DNA of 20,000 bases from Chiloscyllium plagiosum (Eukaryota). The notes under the pieces are model-generated. The model did not search any database and was not told the origin of the DNA. It saw only the letters and a list, made by a program, of their open reading frames with translations. This document shows, piece by piece, positions 9,722 to 20,000 of the stretch; position 1 is the stretch's first letter; each line of letters starts with the position of its first letter. The stretch covers positions 1,505,536 to 1,525,535 of the forward strand of contig NC_057754.1 in the NCBI RefSeq assembly GCF_004010195.1. The letters are read 5' to 3'. The position numbers and the translations under genes are program-made.

Positions 9722-10258
9722 CTAGAATACTACATGCAATTCTGGTTGCCCTGGTATAGGAAGGATGTTGTTAAACTAGAAAGTGTACAGAAAAAATTTG
9801 CAAGGATGTTGCCGGGACTGGAGGATTTGAATTATAAGGAGAGGCTGTATATGCTGGATTTTCTTTTCCTGGAGCATTGGAGTCTGAGGAGTGACCTTAG
9901 AACGCTTTACAAAATCATGAGGGACATAGATAAGATTAATGACCAAGGTCTTTTTCCAAGGGTAGGGGAGTCCAAAACTAGAGGGCATAGGTTTAAGGCG
10001 AGAGAGGAAAGATTTAAAAGGGACCTGAAGGTCAACCTTTTGACACAGACAGTGGTGCATGTATGGAATGAGCTGCCAGAGGAAGTGGTAGAGGTATTAA
10101 AATTACAACATTAAAAACAACTTGAAGAACATAAAAAGGGAAGGGTTTACAGGGATATTGGCTAAACACAGGCAAATGGGAGTAGTTCAGTTTAGGATAC
10201 CTGGTTGGCATGGATGAGTTGACTGAAGGGGCTGTTTCCGTGCTGTATGACTCTATGG
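9722..10258 (+). mobile_element. CR1-clade LINE 3' fragment
   Basis: ORF 9734-10114 QFWLPWYRKDVVKLESVQKKFARMLPGL..TRGHRFK..WNELPEEVV; tail gtgctgtatgactctatg. Confidence 0.93.
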
Positions 10259-10319
10259 CATTCTAAGAATTTATATTTACATTTTCAGATTACAGCTTTC
10301 AAAACATTCTAAGGTCACA

Positions 10320-11580
10320 ATGGAGTTCAATTTAGATAAATGTGAGGTATTGGATTTTGGTACAACAAACTGGGGGTCTCGTTCTGGTTGCCCTGTTATA
10401 GGAAGGATATTATTAAGCAGGAGAGGATTCAGAAGAGATTCACCAGGATGTTTCCGGGTATGGAAGGTTTGAGTTATAAAGAAAGGCTGGATAGGCTGGG
10501 ACTTTTCTCACTGGAGAGTAGGAGGTTGAGAAGTTTATAGACCTTATAAAGGTTTATAAAATAATGAGGGGTGTACAGAGGAACTTCGATTATCCCAAAA
10601 TCAATTATCCAGAGGAGATCTTGAGGTCCCAATAGAAATATTACATCAAAGACGTGTTTCCAACAGGAATTGCTTCTTTTGTTTACAGTGATTAAAAGTG
10701 AACTCTACTTCCTGAAATGCTGCCAAGAACAGTCCTGGACTGATGGGAGCCCAGGCACTGTCTCCAACTGACTTACCTTCCACCCCCTCTCTCTCCCCTC
10801 ACACATTCCCTAAAGTTCTACACAGGGGTATACCCTAAACCCCCATTCCACAGATAATCTCTCCAACATTCCTGTACAGTGCAAAGGGGGAACTTGTCAA
10901 AAGTTGAGTGTGCTGTTTGGAGACTCACCCCCCCCAAAAGGCAGCAAGCAGCAGTCTTGTTGGTGGCACTCCAGCTGCACCAGAGAGGGGACAGGGGTGG
11001 GATTGGACGGGGGTGGGCACACGGGGCAGTGTTGGACGGTGTTGGGGGGGCGGGTGGGGGTGGTATTGGACGGGTTGGGGACAGTGTTGGATGAGTCTGG
11101 GGGCGGGGTTGGACTAGGTTGGGAGGTGGGCAGGGCTCACACGTGGTGTGCTGTGCACCTCCTGAACGAGGAGTGGATTTAACAGAAAACTGCGAGCCCC
11201 AGAGGAAAGGCATTTAATTGATTAACCAAAAAATCAATTATCTGAATGAAATAGTGCCTGCCCATCTCCTTCAGATAATAAAGGTTCCTCTGGTAGGTGT
11301 CTTTTCTCTAGGATGGAGGATTTCAAGACTTGTGGACATATTTTTCAAGTGAGAGAGATTTAAAAAAAAGACATGGGGGCAAATCTTTTCCAGAGTGTTT
11401 TGCATGTGGAATGAACTTCCTGAGGAGGTAGTAGATATGGACACAGTTTAAAAGAGATTTGGAGAAGTACACAATTAGGAATGGTTTGGAGGGATACAGG
11501 CTAGAAACAAGCAGGTGGGACTAATTTAGTTTGGGATTATGTTTGGCCTGGACTGAAGGGTCTGTCTCCGTGCTGTATGG
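10320..11580 (+). mobile_element. CR1-clade LINE 3' fragment with internal deletion, split by a MITE (CR1 parts 10320-10575 and 11293-11580)
   Basis: CR1 ORF2 homology runs to tataaaataatgaggggtgta, resumes at gtaggtgtcttttctctagg and continues to the tail gaagggtctgtctccgtgctgtatg. Confidence 0.88.
10576..11292. mobile_element. Non-autonomous DNA transposon (MITE), Tc1-mariner/pogo(Tigger)-like
   Basis: Left end TA|CAGAGGAACTTCGATTATCC; the right end reverse-complements to CAGAGGAACCTTTATTATCT. Subterminal motif aaaatcaattatc at 10597 and 11230. No transposase. The right-hand TA is not directly adjacent. Confidence 0.8.
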
Positions 11581-11877
11581 TGAAAAGTATAAGTCTCATC
11601 ACAGGTAGTTAGAAAATGTTTCAAAGTGAAAACTTGAATGAAAGTGTTCAAATAAAGTGTTATGTGTAATATGCCATTTATTGTACTGAATTAACTGCAA
11701 GATATGGTTGGGGTGATAATGGCTGCAAGAGACCGTAGTGTTGAGGGTTCAGGAAAAAAAATCATGTGGGATCCCAGGTGCTGATTATTGAGAGTACACG
11801 CCTTTAAATGACAGCAAGATTAGACAGAATTACCTCAAGTGTCTGATCAGAATGCCTTAACATTAGCACTGAGGAAT

Positions 11878-12108
11878 ATAGTGGCACAGTGACTATGTTA
11901 CTGGATTAGTAAATCAGGGGCAGGACCCATAACCTGTGGACATGAGCTCAAATTTCCAACATTGAGCTAGAGGAAATTTAAATTCAGTCCTGGAATAAAT
12001 TTCAGGAATAAAGGCTTATACTGTATTGTTAACAATAGCACTTAAACTATCAGATTGTTGAGAAAATCTATCTGCTTCACTAGTGTGCTTTAGGGAAGGA
12101 GATCTGTG
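11878..12108 (+). mobile_element. Old tRNA-derived SINE remnant, 3'-truncated
   Basis: Degenerate A box (gtggcacagtgactatgttactggattagta), B-box-like gagctcaaatttcc, and body tgttgagaaaatctatctgcttcactagtgtgctttagggaaggagatctg, recognised as a common elasmobranch SINE body. Confidence 0.6.
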
Positions 12109-12242
12109 CTTGTGGAGGTACTGTCAAAGACTGGTAAAGCCTTGGAAAAGGCTGTTTATTGTTGGGAAGGGAGTAGGACAAGTAACATAATACAGAAAAT
12201 CAGAGCCAAAAATACAGAACCTTCTTGTCTCTTCTACTAAAG

Positions 12243-12344
12243 AGTACCTCGAGAAAATTGATCTCGCCAAGAGACGAAGTTACTACAAAACTGAAAACTT
12301 TGTTGTCCTTGATGAGATTAAAACCTGGAAGGAACTTGCTGAAG
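12243..12344 (+). CDS. macrod1: Internal coding exon (102 bp, phase 1-1) of macrodomain mono-ADP-ribosylhydrolase, MACROD1-like exon 2
   Basis: Acceptor cttcttgtctcttctactaaAG and consensus donor AAG|GTGAGT; open frame (x)YLEKIDLAKRRSYYKTENFVVLDEIKTWKELAE. It aligns ungapped with human MACROD1 FLKGLSDKQREEHYFCKDFVRLKKIPTWKEMAK as recalled, and less well with MACROD2. Confidence 0.82.
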
Positions 12345-13499
12345 GTGAGTCATATATTTTTATACTTCAAACAAAATAAGCTTGGAGGAGAAGGTAGGTC
12401 AAGAAGCTTGCACTCTGAGTTTGAAATGTTCCTGATGTTTCCCTTTAGTGACAAAAGAATGGTAAGGTGTTAAGTGTTCAGTTGGGAAAGAGGGGATCTG
12501 CAATTATATTGAACTCCATCTCAAAGCACTATGGGTGTTGAAATGATATTTTTTTTTGTACTCTGGATTAAAAATTGTGAAAATATACTGCTTCATACCA
12601 AAAGACCAGAATAAGATGTAGTTTTTAAAAAAAATGTTTTAGTGGGACTCATTGTGTGTTGTATCTATCAAGTTCCTTTATTCAAGAATTGGAGAAGGGT
12701 AGACATCTTACCTCGTTTGGTGTCTGTCCAGGGCAGTTTTGCTCAGTGACAGGACTCGATTGGTTTTTCAACCAGAGCTGGTTGCATGTTCAGGAATACT
12801 CAGCATAGTAACAACTTCCTGATTAGTTCCTTGGCTCCTGGCTACAGCTTGGTGTTTGGCCTATACAGCAGAAACATTCAGCCTGTGAAAGAGACTGTAT
12901 TGTTCTCTTTCAATCTTTTATGCGACTCGAGAAATAAAACACCAAGCAGCCTTCTCTCTGCATATTCCCTATTTGGAAGGAAACAGGGAGAAACTACCAT
13001 CAAGACATTGAAAAGGCAAAACCAATGAATGGAAAAATGGGAATTGGCGTAACCACAAGCTCATATCTTGACCAAAGAGTCAAAAGGAAAACAGGTCATT
13101 GGCACCTGTAATCGGTACTGGCGCCAGAACTGTGCTTCACTGACTCGTATCTTTGTTCCTTCCCAGCTGTGACATTTGTGTCCTGCCTAATGTTTATAAG
13201 TTTATTTGTACGTGTATTGGAAATTTTTTTTAAAACAGGATTAAATTTAAATTTTAGGAAGTTTTAAATTAATAGTTTGTCTTTGTTTTTAAACAAGAGC
13301 TGAAAATAATCTTTTAAATCCATAGTTGTTTTCTTGTCAAGTTCAGAATGCTGATAAGTGTTTTCTTTTAACCTGGGTTCATCAGTCAGGGAAATTAGAG
13401 ATTTTCATTAAACCTCTTCACGAGTGTTATGACTCCGAGAGTTCCGAATTTATTTCCAGCACACCAACCCAGTGAGTTGTGACAATATACCCATGCTCA

Positions 13500-13608
13500 A
13501 TGACTGCAGTGTTTCAAGAAGACAGTTTACCACTTTCTCTAGGGTTGTTAGGCACAAGCAATAAATTCTTGTCTAGCTAGTGGCACTCACATCCCAAGAA
13601 CAAATAAA
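13500..13608 (+). mobile_element. Old LINE 3' tail remnant (L2/CR1 group)
   Basis: gactgcagtgtttcaagaag..gcaataaattcttgtctagctagtggcactcacatcccaagaacaaataaa resembles the widespread shark tail; related in reverse to 18610-18645. Confidence 0.55.
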
Positions 13609-13679
13609 TTACAAATTAATACCAGAAATATGTGGGTAGACATAATCATAAAAAAAACCGATGGCGACCCAACAATGGG

Positions 13680-14025
13680 GTTTAAAATGCTAAATGTTTT
13701 AATGGAATGGATCCAGAGAGTGCCTTTCCTCTTGTGGAGAAGAGGATAACTAAGGGGTCTCTGTCATCAACAAATTCAGCTAGAAAGTTCAAAGCAACCT
13801 GTTTACCCAGTGAATGTTGAGAATATGGGACTTCCAGCATGGGGAGTAGTTGAGGTAAACAGCATAGATGTATTTAAGGGAAAGCTAGACATTTGCGTCA
13901 GGGAGAAGGGAATAGAGGGTTATGATGTGTTTAGATGAGGGAAGTTGGGAGGTGCTCAAGTTGGACATAAACACTGGCACAGATACGTTGAACCATATTT
14001 CACGATACTGTATATCCTGTGTGAC
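13680..14025 (+). mobile_element. Old CR1 LINE 3' remnant
   Basis: gtagttgaggtaaacagcatagatgtatttaagggaaagctagac (VVEVNSIDVFKGKLD) plus a CR1-type 3' UTR. Confidence 0.7.
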
Positions 14026-14641
14026 CCTTTACAATTCCTTTTTAGTGTTCCTGAATCAGCAAACAATCAAATACATTTGGAGTAGTCAGCATAGCTTTAA
14101 GCAAGAGAGACCATGCCTCACAAATTTGTTAAGTGTTCTTTGATGAAGTGACCATGAAGGTTGACGAGGGCACGGCAGTAGATGTGGTCGGTATGGATTT
14201 CAGCAAGGCCTTTGATAAGGTTCCACATGGTAGGCTGCTCTGGAAGGTTAGATTGTGTGGAAACCATGGGGGGCTGGCAAGTTGGATACACAGTTGGTTT
14301 GATGGTAGGAAGCAGAAGGAAATATTGGAAGGATGCTTGTTGGACTGGAAGCCTGTGACTTGTGGAATGCCTCCGGGTTTGGCGCTGGGTCCATTTCTGT
14401 TTATCTATATCAATCTCTGATTTGGATGAGAATGTATAAAGCATGATTAGTAAGTCTGCTGATGACACTAAAATAGGTGGTATTGTGGACCGTGAAGAAG
14501 GTTATCAGAAATCACAGTAGGACCTTGATCAGCTGGGGAAGTGGGTCGAGAATTGGCAAATAGAATTGCATTTTGAGAAGTCAAATCAAGGCAGGAGTTC
14601 CATGGTGAATGGTAGGGCCTTAAGGAGTGTAGTGGAACAGA

Positions 14642-14978
14642 GGACAGCACGTTGGCTCAGTGGTTAGCACTACTGCCTCATAGCACCAGGGACCCGAATT
14701 CGATTCAAACTGCGGGCAACTGTCTGTGTGGAGTTTGCACATTCTCCCTGTGTTTGCATGGGTTTCTTCCAGGTGCTCCTGATTCGTCCCGCAATTCAAA
14801 GCTGCGCAGTTTAGGTGAATTACCCGTAGTGTTCAAGAATGTGCAGACTAGGTGGTTGAGTCAGGGGGAAGTGTAGAGTAACAGGGTAGGGTAATGGGTC
14901 TGAGTGGGTTACTTTTTGGAAGGTCAGTGTGGACTTGTTGGGCCAAATGGCCCATTTCCACAATGTAGAGATTCTATG
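14642..14978 (+). mobile_element. HE1-type V-SINE
   Basis: tRNA head tggctcagtggttagcac..ttcgattc; V domain ctgtctgtgtggagtttgcacattctccc; CR1-like tail gggccaaatggcccatttccacaatgtagagattctatg. Confidence 0.9.
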
Positions 14979-15276
14979 AGAGGGACCTTGGAGTTCAGGT
15001 GCACAGTTCTCTGAAAGTGGAGTCACAGGTAGACAGGGCAGTGAAGAAGGTTTTTGACACTGACCTTCATCAGCCAGGGCATTGGGTATTGAAACTGGGA
15101 AGTTATGTTGCGGTTGGACAGGATGTTGGTGAGGCTGCACTTGGAGTATTGTGTTCAGTTTTGGTCACCTTGCTCTAGGAAGGATGTTTGTTAATCTGGA
15201 AAGAGTGCAGAAGAACTGTACAAGAATGTTACCAGGACTCAAGAGTCGAGTTGTAGGGAGAGATTGGACAAGGTTG

Positions 15277-15630
15277 GGGTGGCATGGTGGCTCAGTGATT
15301 AGCACCGCTGCCTCATAGTTCCAGGGACCCAGGTTTGATCCCAGCCTCGGGCTACTGTCTGTGTGGAGTTTGTGCAAACTCCGTGTCTGCGTGGGTTTCC
15401 TCTGGATGCTCCTATTTCCCCTCACAATGCAAAGATGCGCAGATTAGATGAATTGGCCATGCTAAATTGCCCATATCGTTCAGGGATGTGTAGGTTAGGT
15501 GCAGTATTCAGGGGTAAATGTAGAGTTATAGGGTAGGGGAATGGGTCTGGGTGGGTTACTCATTGGAGGGTCAGTGTGAACTTGCTGGGCTGAATGGCCT
15601 GTTTCCACATTGTTGGGATTCTATCGTCCT
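15277..15630 (+). mobile_element. HE1-type V-SINE
   Basis: Same head, V domain and tail; degenerate flanking duplication aaggttgg / aagctagg. Confidence 0.9.
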
Positions 15631-15922
15631 AAGCTAGGACTTCTCTTTAGAGTGTAGAGTCTGAGGGATGGATCTTATAGAAGTGTCTAAAATCATGAGA
15701 AGCATAGATAGCGTGAATGCATTCAGTCTTTTTCCCATGGTTGGGGAATTGAGGACTAGAGGGCATCAGTTTAAGGTTAGAGGGAAAGAATAAAAGGGAA
15801 CCTGAGGGACAATTTTTTTTATACAGAGGGTGGGATGCATATGAATGAGCAGCCAGTGGAAGTGATTGAGGCATGTACATTAATAATATTTAAAAGGCAT
15901 TTGGACAGGTTTAGAAGGATTT

Positions 15923-16234
15923 GGGTGGCACAGTAGCTCAATGATTAGCACTGCCGCCTCACAGCGAAAGGGACCATGGTTCAATTCCTGCCTCTGGCAA
16001 CTGTCTGTGTGGAGTTTGCACATTCTCCCTGTGTCTGTGTGGGTTTCCTCCCACAGTCCAAAGATGTACAGGTTGTTAATTGGCCATGCTGAATTGCCCA
16101 TAGTGTTCAGGAATGTGTAGGTTAGGTGCAGTAGTCATGGGTAAATGTAGAGTAATGTGGAATGGGTTTGGTGGGTTGGTGTGAACTTGCTGGGCTAAAT
16201 GGCCCGTTTCCACACTATAGGGATTATATGATTC
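15923..16234 (+). mobile_element. HE1-type V-SINE
   Basis: Same head (ggttcaattcc B box), V domain and tail gggattatatgattc. Confidence 0.9.
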
Positions 16235-16341
16235 GAAGTGCAGAGAAATGGGGTTAGCATAGATGGACATTTTGGTTGACATAGATCTTTTGGCCCAAAC
16301 TGATCCGTCTCTGTGCTGTAGGACTTTGTAACTCTCTATTT

Positions 16342-16404
16342 GGAAAATGCTAGAAATATTCAATAGGTTACAAAGTGGGAGCAATAGTGTTAATGTTTCA
16401 GATC
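16342..16404 (-). mobile_element. Tiny decayed Penelope pLTR fragment
   Basis: gaaaatgctagaaatattcaatagg..gttaatgtttcag resembles 8062-8128. Confidence 0.4.
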
Positions 16405-17155
16405 TTTTTTGGGGGAAAAAAAGTTCAAGATTTAATTGTGTGTGTGTGTTGGAATGGGTCAGGGTGGTGTTAGACAAGTGGTTGGTGAACAATCAGCCAA
16501 GGTTTCTGATCACACTCATCATTCACTTCCTTACTGGATGTCAACATGTGTTAAAAGTTTGAATGTGGCTGTGACACCCTTTACACAGGCAGAGGATTTA
16601 TTTTCTCAGCACATAGAAGAAGAGTTATTGTTCCACTGAGCCACTGAAAACTTTTCTTAAAGCCTCATGGCAAATGCAAGAAATTTAGCAGGGTAGACAG
16701 AATGAAACTGTAATCATATAATCAATTAACTTCATAATTCAAGGTTCATTGAAGTCTCTCAAAATATCTGTTTGGGAAAAATATATAAATATGACTGAAC
16801 TATTTCAAAGCAATATCTTATCCAGTTCTGACAGCTTAGTAGGAAATTAGTCCCTTAAATACATGTTATAGGCACACAAGAGACGACTGAATAATAAATG
16901 AATAATAATCTCTACCAAAGGCAGCATAAATATTTTACATTGATACTATGCCAACAGGGGCATGAAATCTATAGAACCTGTAACTGATGAAAAAAATCTA
17001 GGATTCACACATTTTTCAAAAACCTGACCCATCTATATATAAAAAACCTGTATAATTTATATTACTTATCCATTAGCCAGAGGCACTTTGTAAAGATTGA
17101 ATTTTCTAGCATATGGGAATGCAATGAAAAGATAGATGCCGTTGGAAATTAACTA

Positions 17156-17206
17156 CCAGTCCTTGATACACATTCACTGCCAGTCCTTGATACACATTCA
17201 CTGCCA
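17156..17206. repeat. Perfect 24-bp tandem duplication
   Basis: ccagtccttgatacacattcactg x2 followed by cca. Confidence 0.97.
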
Positions 17207-17414
17207 TAGGCTTATCAAATTACATGCCTTGCATTGATTTTCAGCTGTTTCAGGTTATCATTATGATGTGAAGTCACTTGAAGCGGTTTTGAGAAAGTGA
17301 TGTGAACCCATTTCCAGGAAAAAGTTGCACTTTGTTTTATTTTCTGATGAACCTGTGCAGTTTGATAACACAGTTCTTCACTGGAGATAGGAGTGCCCCA
17401 GTTGATGCGTCAGT

Positions 17415-17802
17415 CATGACTTAGTTTGTACAACTCTCATCTCGAGTCACAAGGTTGTGGAAGATCCCACTGCACTATTTCAAAGGAGTTTTCTCCAGTG
17501 TCCTGGACAATATATATCCCCTGATCAAAATTACAAAACTAGATTATCCAGGTCATTGTCGCATTACTATATGAGAGTGTTTATTGTATGTAAGCTAGCT
17601 GCCTGATAATGACCCCATTTCAAAAGGCTGCGTTTGCCGGTACCATGGAGTATGCATAGCAGATGCATGTGCAGTGTCAGAGGTTTGCATATGCGCAGTT
17701 GATATGGATTTTGGGTGTCAGCAGACAATACAGTTCAAGAAGTACTTCATTGCTGGAAATCTGATGTTTGTGAAAAGCATTCCGCAAAAAATCTTTCTTT
17801 CC
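17415..17802 (+). mobile_element. Deu-domain SINE remnant (SacSINE1/AmnSINE1-like) with internal deletion and a ~120-bp unrelated segment
   Basis: Head actctcatctcgagtcacaaggttgtgg; Deu-like core aagatcccactgcactattt..gtgtcctggacaatatatatccc..gattatccaggtcatt; tail aagtacttcattg..gtgaaaagc..tctttctttc (recalled consensus). Confidence 0.65.
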
Positions 17803-18607
17803 TGTTTTTGGTTTCATACCAGCTGCAGTATAACTACAATTGATAGAAAACTTCTTTTGGAAAAGGAATTTTAAAAAAGCCACAAATTCTACTTGGGGTG
17901 GGTCTTGAGGTTGAGGTGTTGAATTGCAAAACAAATCTTGGATTGGTTTAGAAAACTTTTATTCAAACAATTGTCTGGATTCTTGTCGTGCAACACATGG
18001 GTACATAAAAAGGGAGTGTGGAAAACTGTTCTGCTGCCTGGATGATTGCATTTCATGGCCACTGAAAGATTGCTTTGCCATTTCATCACTGTAGGAGCAA
18101 GAACCTGTCTCAAACTGGTACTTGTAAGAAGTTGCAGCAGTTAGTCACATAGTTAAGTCTGATCATCGCATTCTGGGAGATGTTAATTTTAAGTCCAACT
18201 TCAGAAGCTAAGCTGTATCATAGAATTATCTTTTACCTGAGCTCAGGGTGCAGATAAACTTCAAATTGGACTGCCTGGGACAAACTACACAGAAACTGTA
18301 ACACAGATGTGTGTTATTTAAAACGATATTCACTTATTCCTCATTATCTCTGGATTTACTGCCCAGGGATCGATGTACTTGCGAGGTTGGTCCAAGACCC
18401 CAGCTTTTCCTCAGATCCATCCAGTCCTATAGCATGGTCCATTATAGTCTATGGGAGAGTTACATGGTAGCTGTGTGCGCAATTTCTGTTATCCACATAC
18501 GGTCTGTGTCCCATCCACTGCAGATTACCAGGATTTGGTGTATCGCAATATTTTCAAGAATAGCAATGATTTATCAGAATTTTTATAACATTTAATCATA
18601 TGATTTC

Positions 18608-19387
18608 AGTGTTGCTGGCAAGGTCTGCATTTATTGCCCATGAATTGTTAGTGCAGAACCATCTTATTATACAAATGGAGAGGGATGGTTAAGAGTCAAC
18701 CACATGTAGGCCAGGTTGGGTAAGGTTGACAGATTTCTTTTCCCAAGTGATCATAGAGTCACGGAGATGTACAGCACAGAAACAGATCCTTTTGACCAAC
18801 TTTTCTGTACCAACAAGATATTCTAAATTAATCTTGTCTCATTTGCCAGCACTTGGCCCATATCCCTCTTAAACCCTTCCTATTCATATACCCATCCCGA
18901 TGCCTTTTAAATGCTGTCATTGTACCAGCCTCCACTACTTCCTCCGGCAGCTCATTCCATATACGTACCACCCTCTGTGTGAAAAGGTTGCCCCTTGGGT
19001 CCCTTTTAAATGTTTCCCCTCTCACTCTAAATCTATGCCCTCTGTTCTGGACTGTTTTCCCCCCCCCCCCCCCCAACCCAGGGAAAAGACCTTGTCTATT
19101 TACCCTATCCATGATTTTATAAGGTCAGCGTCCGATGCTCCAGGGGAAAAACAGCCCAAGTCTGTTCTCCCTGTAGCTCAAACCCTCCAACCCTGGCAAC
19201 ACCCTTGTAAATCTTTTCTGAACCCTTTCAAGTTTCACAACATCCTTCCTATAGGAGGGATATCAGAATTGCTTACAATATTTCAAAAATGGCCTAATCA
19301 CTGTCCTGTACAGCCACAACATGACCTCCTTTGGATCTTCACTGATAGTAGATTCCAGATTTTTTTTTACATTTCCCAGCTGTCATT
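18608..19387 (-). mobile_element. Old SINE remnant (same family as 11878-12108) split by a CR1: parts 18608-18750 and 19335-19387
   Basis: gctggcaaggtctgcatttattgccca, gttaagagtcaaccacat, ggtaaggttgacagatttc; resumes after the CR1 with actgatagtagattccagatttt..ccagctgtca. Confidence 0.55.
18751..19330 (-). mobile_element. CR1-clade LINE 3' fragment
   Basis: ORF 18828-19112 (RGHRFRVRGE..FTQRVVRIWNELPEEVVEAG); tail ctgtgctgtacatctccgtgactctatga on the minus strand. Confidence 0.92.
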
Positions 19388-20000
19388 GAACATAGAACAT
19401 AGAAAAATTCAGCACACAACAGGCCCTTTGGCCCATGGTGTTGTGCTGAGGATTAATCCTAATGTAAAATAAAATAACTTAAACTACAAACCCCTCAATT
19501 CACTGCTATCTATGTGCATGTCCAGCAGTCACTTAAATGTCCCTAATGACTCTGCTTCCACCACCACCGCTGGCAACGCATTCTATGCATTCACAACTCT
19601 CTGGGTAAAGAACCTTTCTCTGACATCCCCTCTATACCTTTCTCCTAATATCTTAAAACTACGACCCCTCGTGCCAGTCAGTCCTGCCCTGGGGAAATGC
19701 CTCTGACTCCTGACTCTATCCATGCCTCTCATTATCTTGTATACCTCGATCAAGTCACCTCTCTTCCTCCTTCTCTCCAGAGAGAAAAGTCCTCTCTTCA
19801 TAAGGCAAGTGCTCCAGTCCAGGCAGCATCCTGGTAAACCTTCTTTGCACCCTCTCCAAAGCCTCTGTATCTTTCCTATAGTAGAGCGACCAGAACTGGA
19901 CACAATATTCCAAGTGTGGTCTCACCAAGGACTTGTAGAGCTGTAGTGAAACCTCACAGCTCTTAAACTCGATACCCCTGTTAATGAAGGCCAAAACACC
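19388..20000 (-). mobile_element. CR1-clade LINE 3' fragment, runs off the window end
   Basis: LYKSLVRPHLEYCVQFWS..LERVQRRFTRMLPGL and RGDLIEVYKIMRG..FFTQRVVNA; (ctatgtt)n tail at 19388-19402. Confidence 0.93.

Larger units (their letters stand above)
14082..16337 (+). mobile_element. CR1-clade (HER1-like) LINE 3' fragment interrupted by three SINEs
   Basis: SQHSF..CLTNL, DFSKAFDKVPHGRLL, LFIYIN, ADDTK, LEYCVQFWSP and tail ctgtgctgtaggactttgtaactct; collinear across the SINE insertions. Confidence 0.92.

Noticed and set aside
10818..11213. Pro-rich and Gly-rich ORFs
   Set aside because: Artefacts of the G-rich tract inside the MITE.
12225..12473. 82-aa ORF from the track as a gene
   Set aside because: Wrong frame: it overlaps the real exon, which reads in another frame and is bounded by splice sites.
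12111..13484. Possible solo LTR (TG...gttgtgaCA)
   Set aside because: It would contain the MACROD1-like exon and has no TSD. A shorter LTR-like repeat ending at 13484 is possible, but I cannot define its left end.
14642..16234. tRNA genes
   Set aside because: The A/B boxes are SINE heads followed by the V domain; no cloverleaf or terminator.
18311..18595. 94-aa ORF and quasi-palindrome ccattatagtctatgg
   Set aside because: No recognisable domain, splice signals or TIRs.
18853..19472. Longest ORFs (190 aa at 18900-19472; 89 aa at 18853-19122) on +
   Set aside because: Antisense read-through of CR1 fragments with no protein-like features.
12345..20000. Next MACROD1 exon (DITKLEVDAIVNAA-like) or nested FLRT gene
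   Set aside because: Searched by eye in the non-repeat stretches and not found; presumably beyond the window.

Overview
Eukaryotic, repeat-dense vertebrate DNA, almost certainly a cartilaginous fish (HE1/V-SINEs, CR1/HER1-type LINEs, a Deu-domain SINE, shark-type Penelope elements). Most of the window is decayed, often nested transposons: about 9 CR1 LINE 3' pieces, 3-4 Penelope-like element (PLE) pieces, a truncated Gypsy LTR element with one LTR, a TIR-bounded MITE and several SINEs. The only convincing host-gene signal is a 102-bp internal coding exon at 12243-12344 (+), missed by the ORF track. It resembles exon 2 of MACROD1, so the window is probably intron/exon/intron of that gene. Other notable items: a PLE with 163-bp inverted pseudo-LTRs carrying minimal hammerhead-ribozyme cores with a compensatory stem I change, and an unclassified block (1093-4510) bounded by direct repeats containing a Gypsy LTR fragment, with a 72/144-bp higher-order tandem repeat and three minus-strand splice-donor motifs inside. 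No clearly new biological system can be demonstrated. All family assignments are by eye and from memory, not from database searches.
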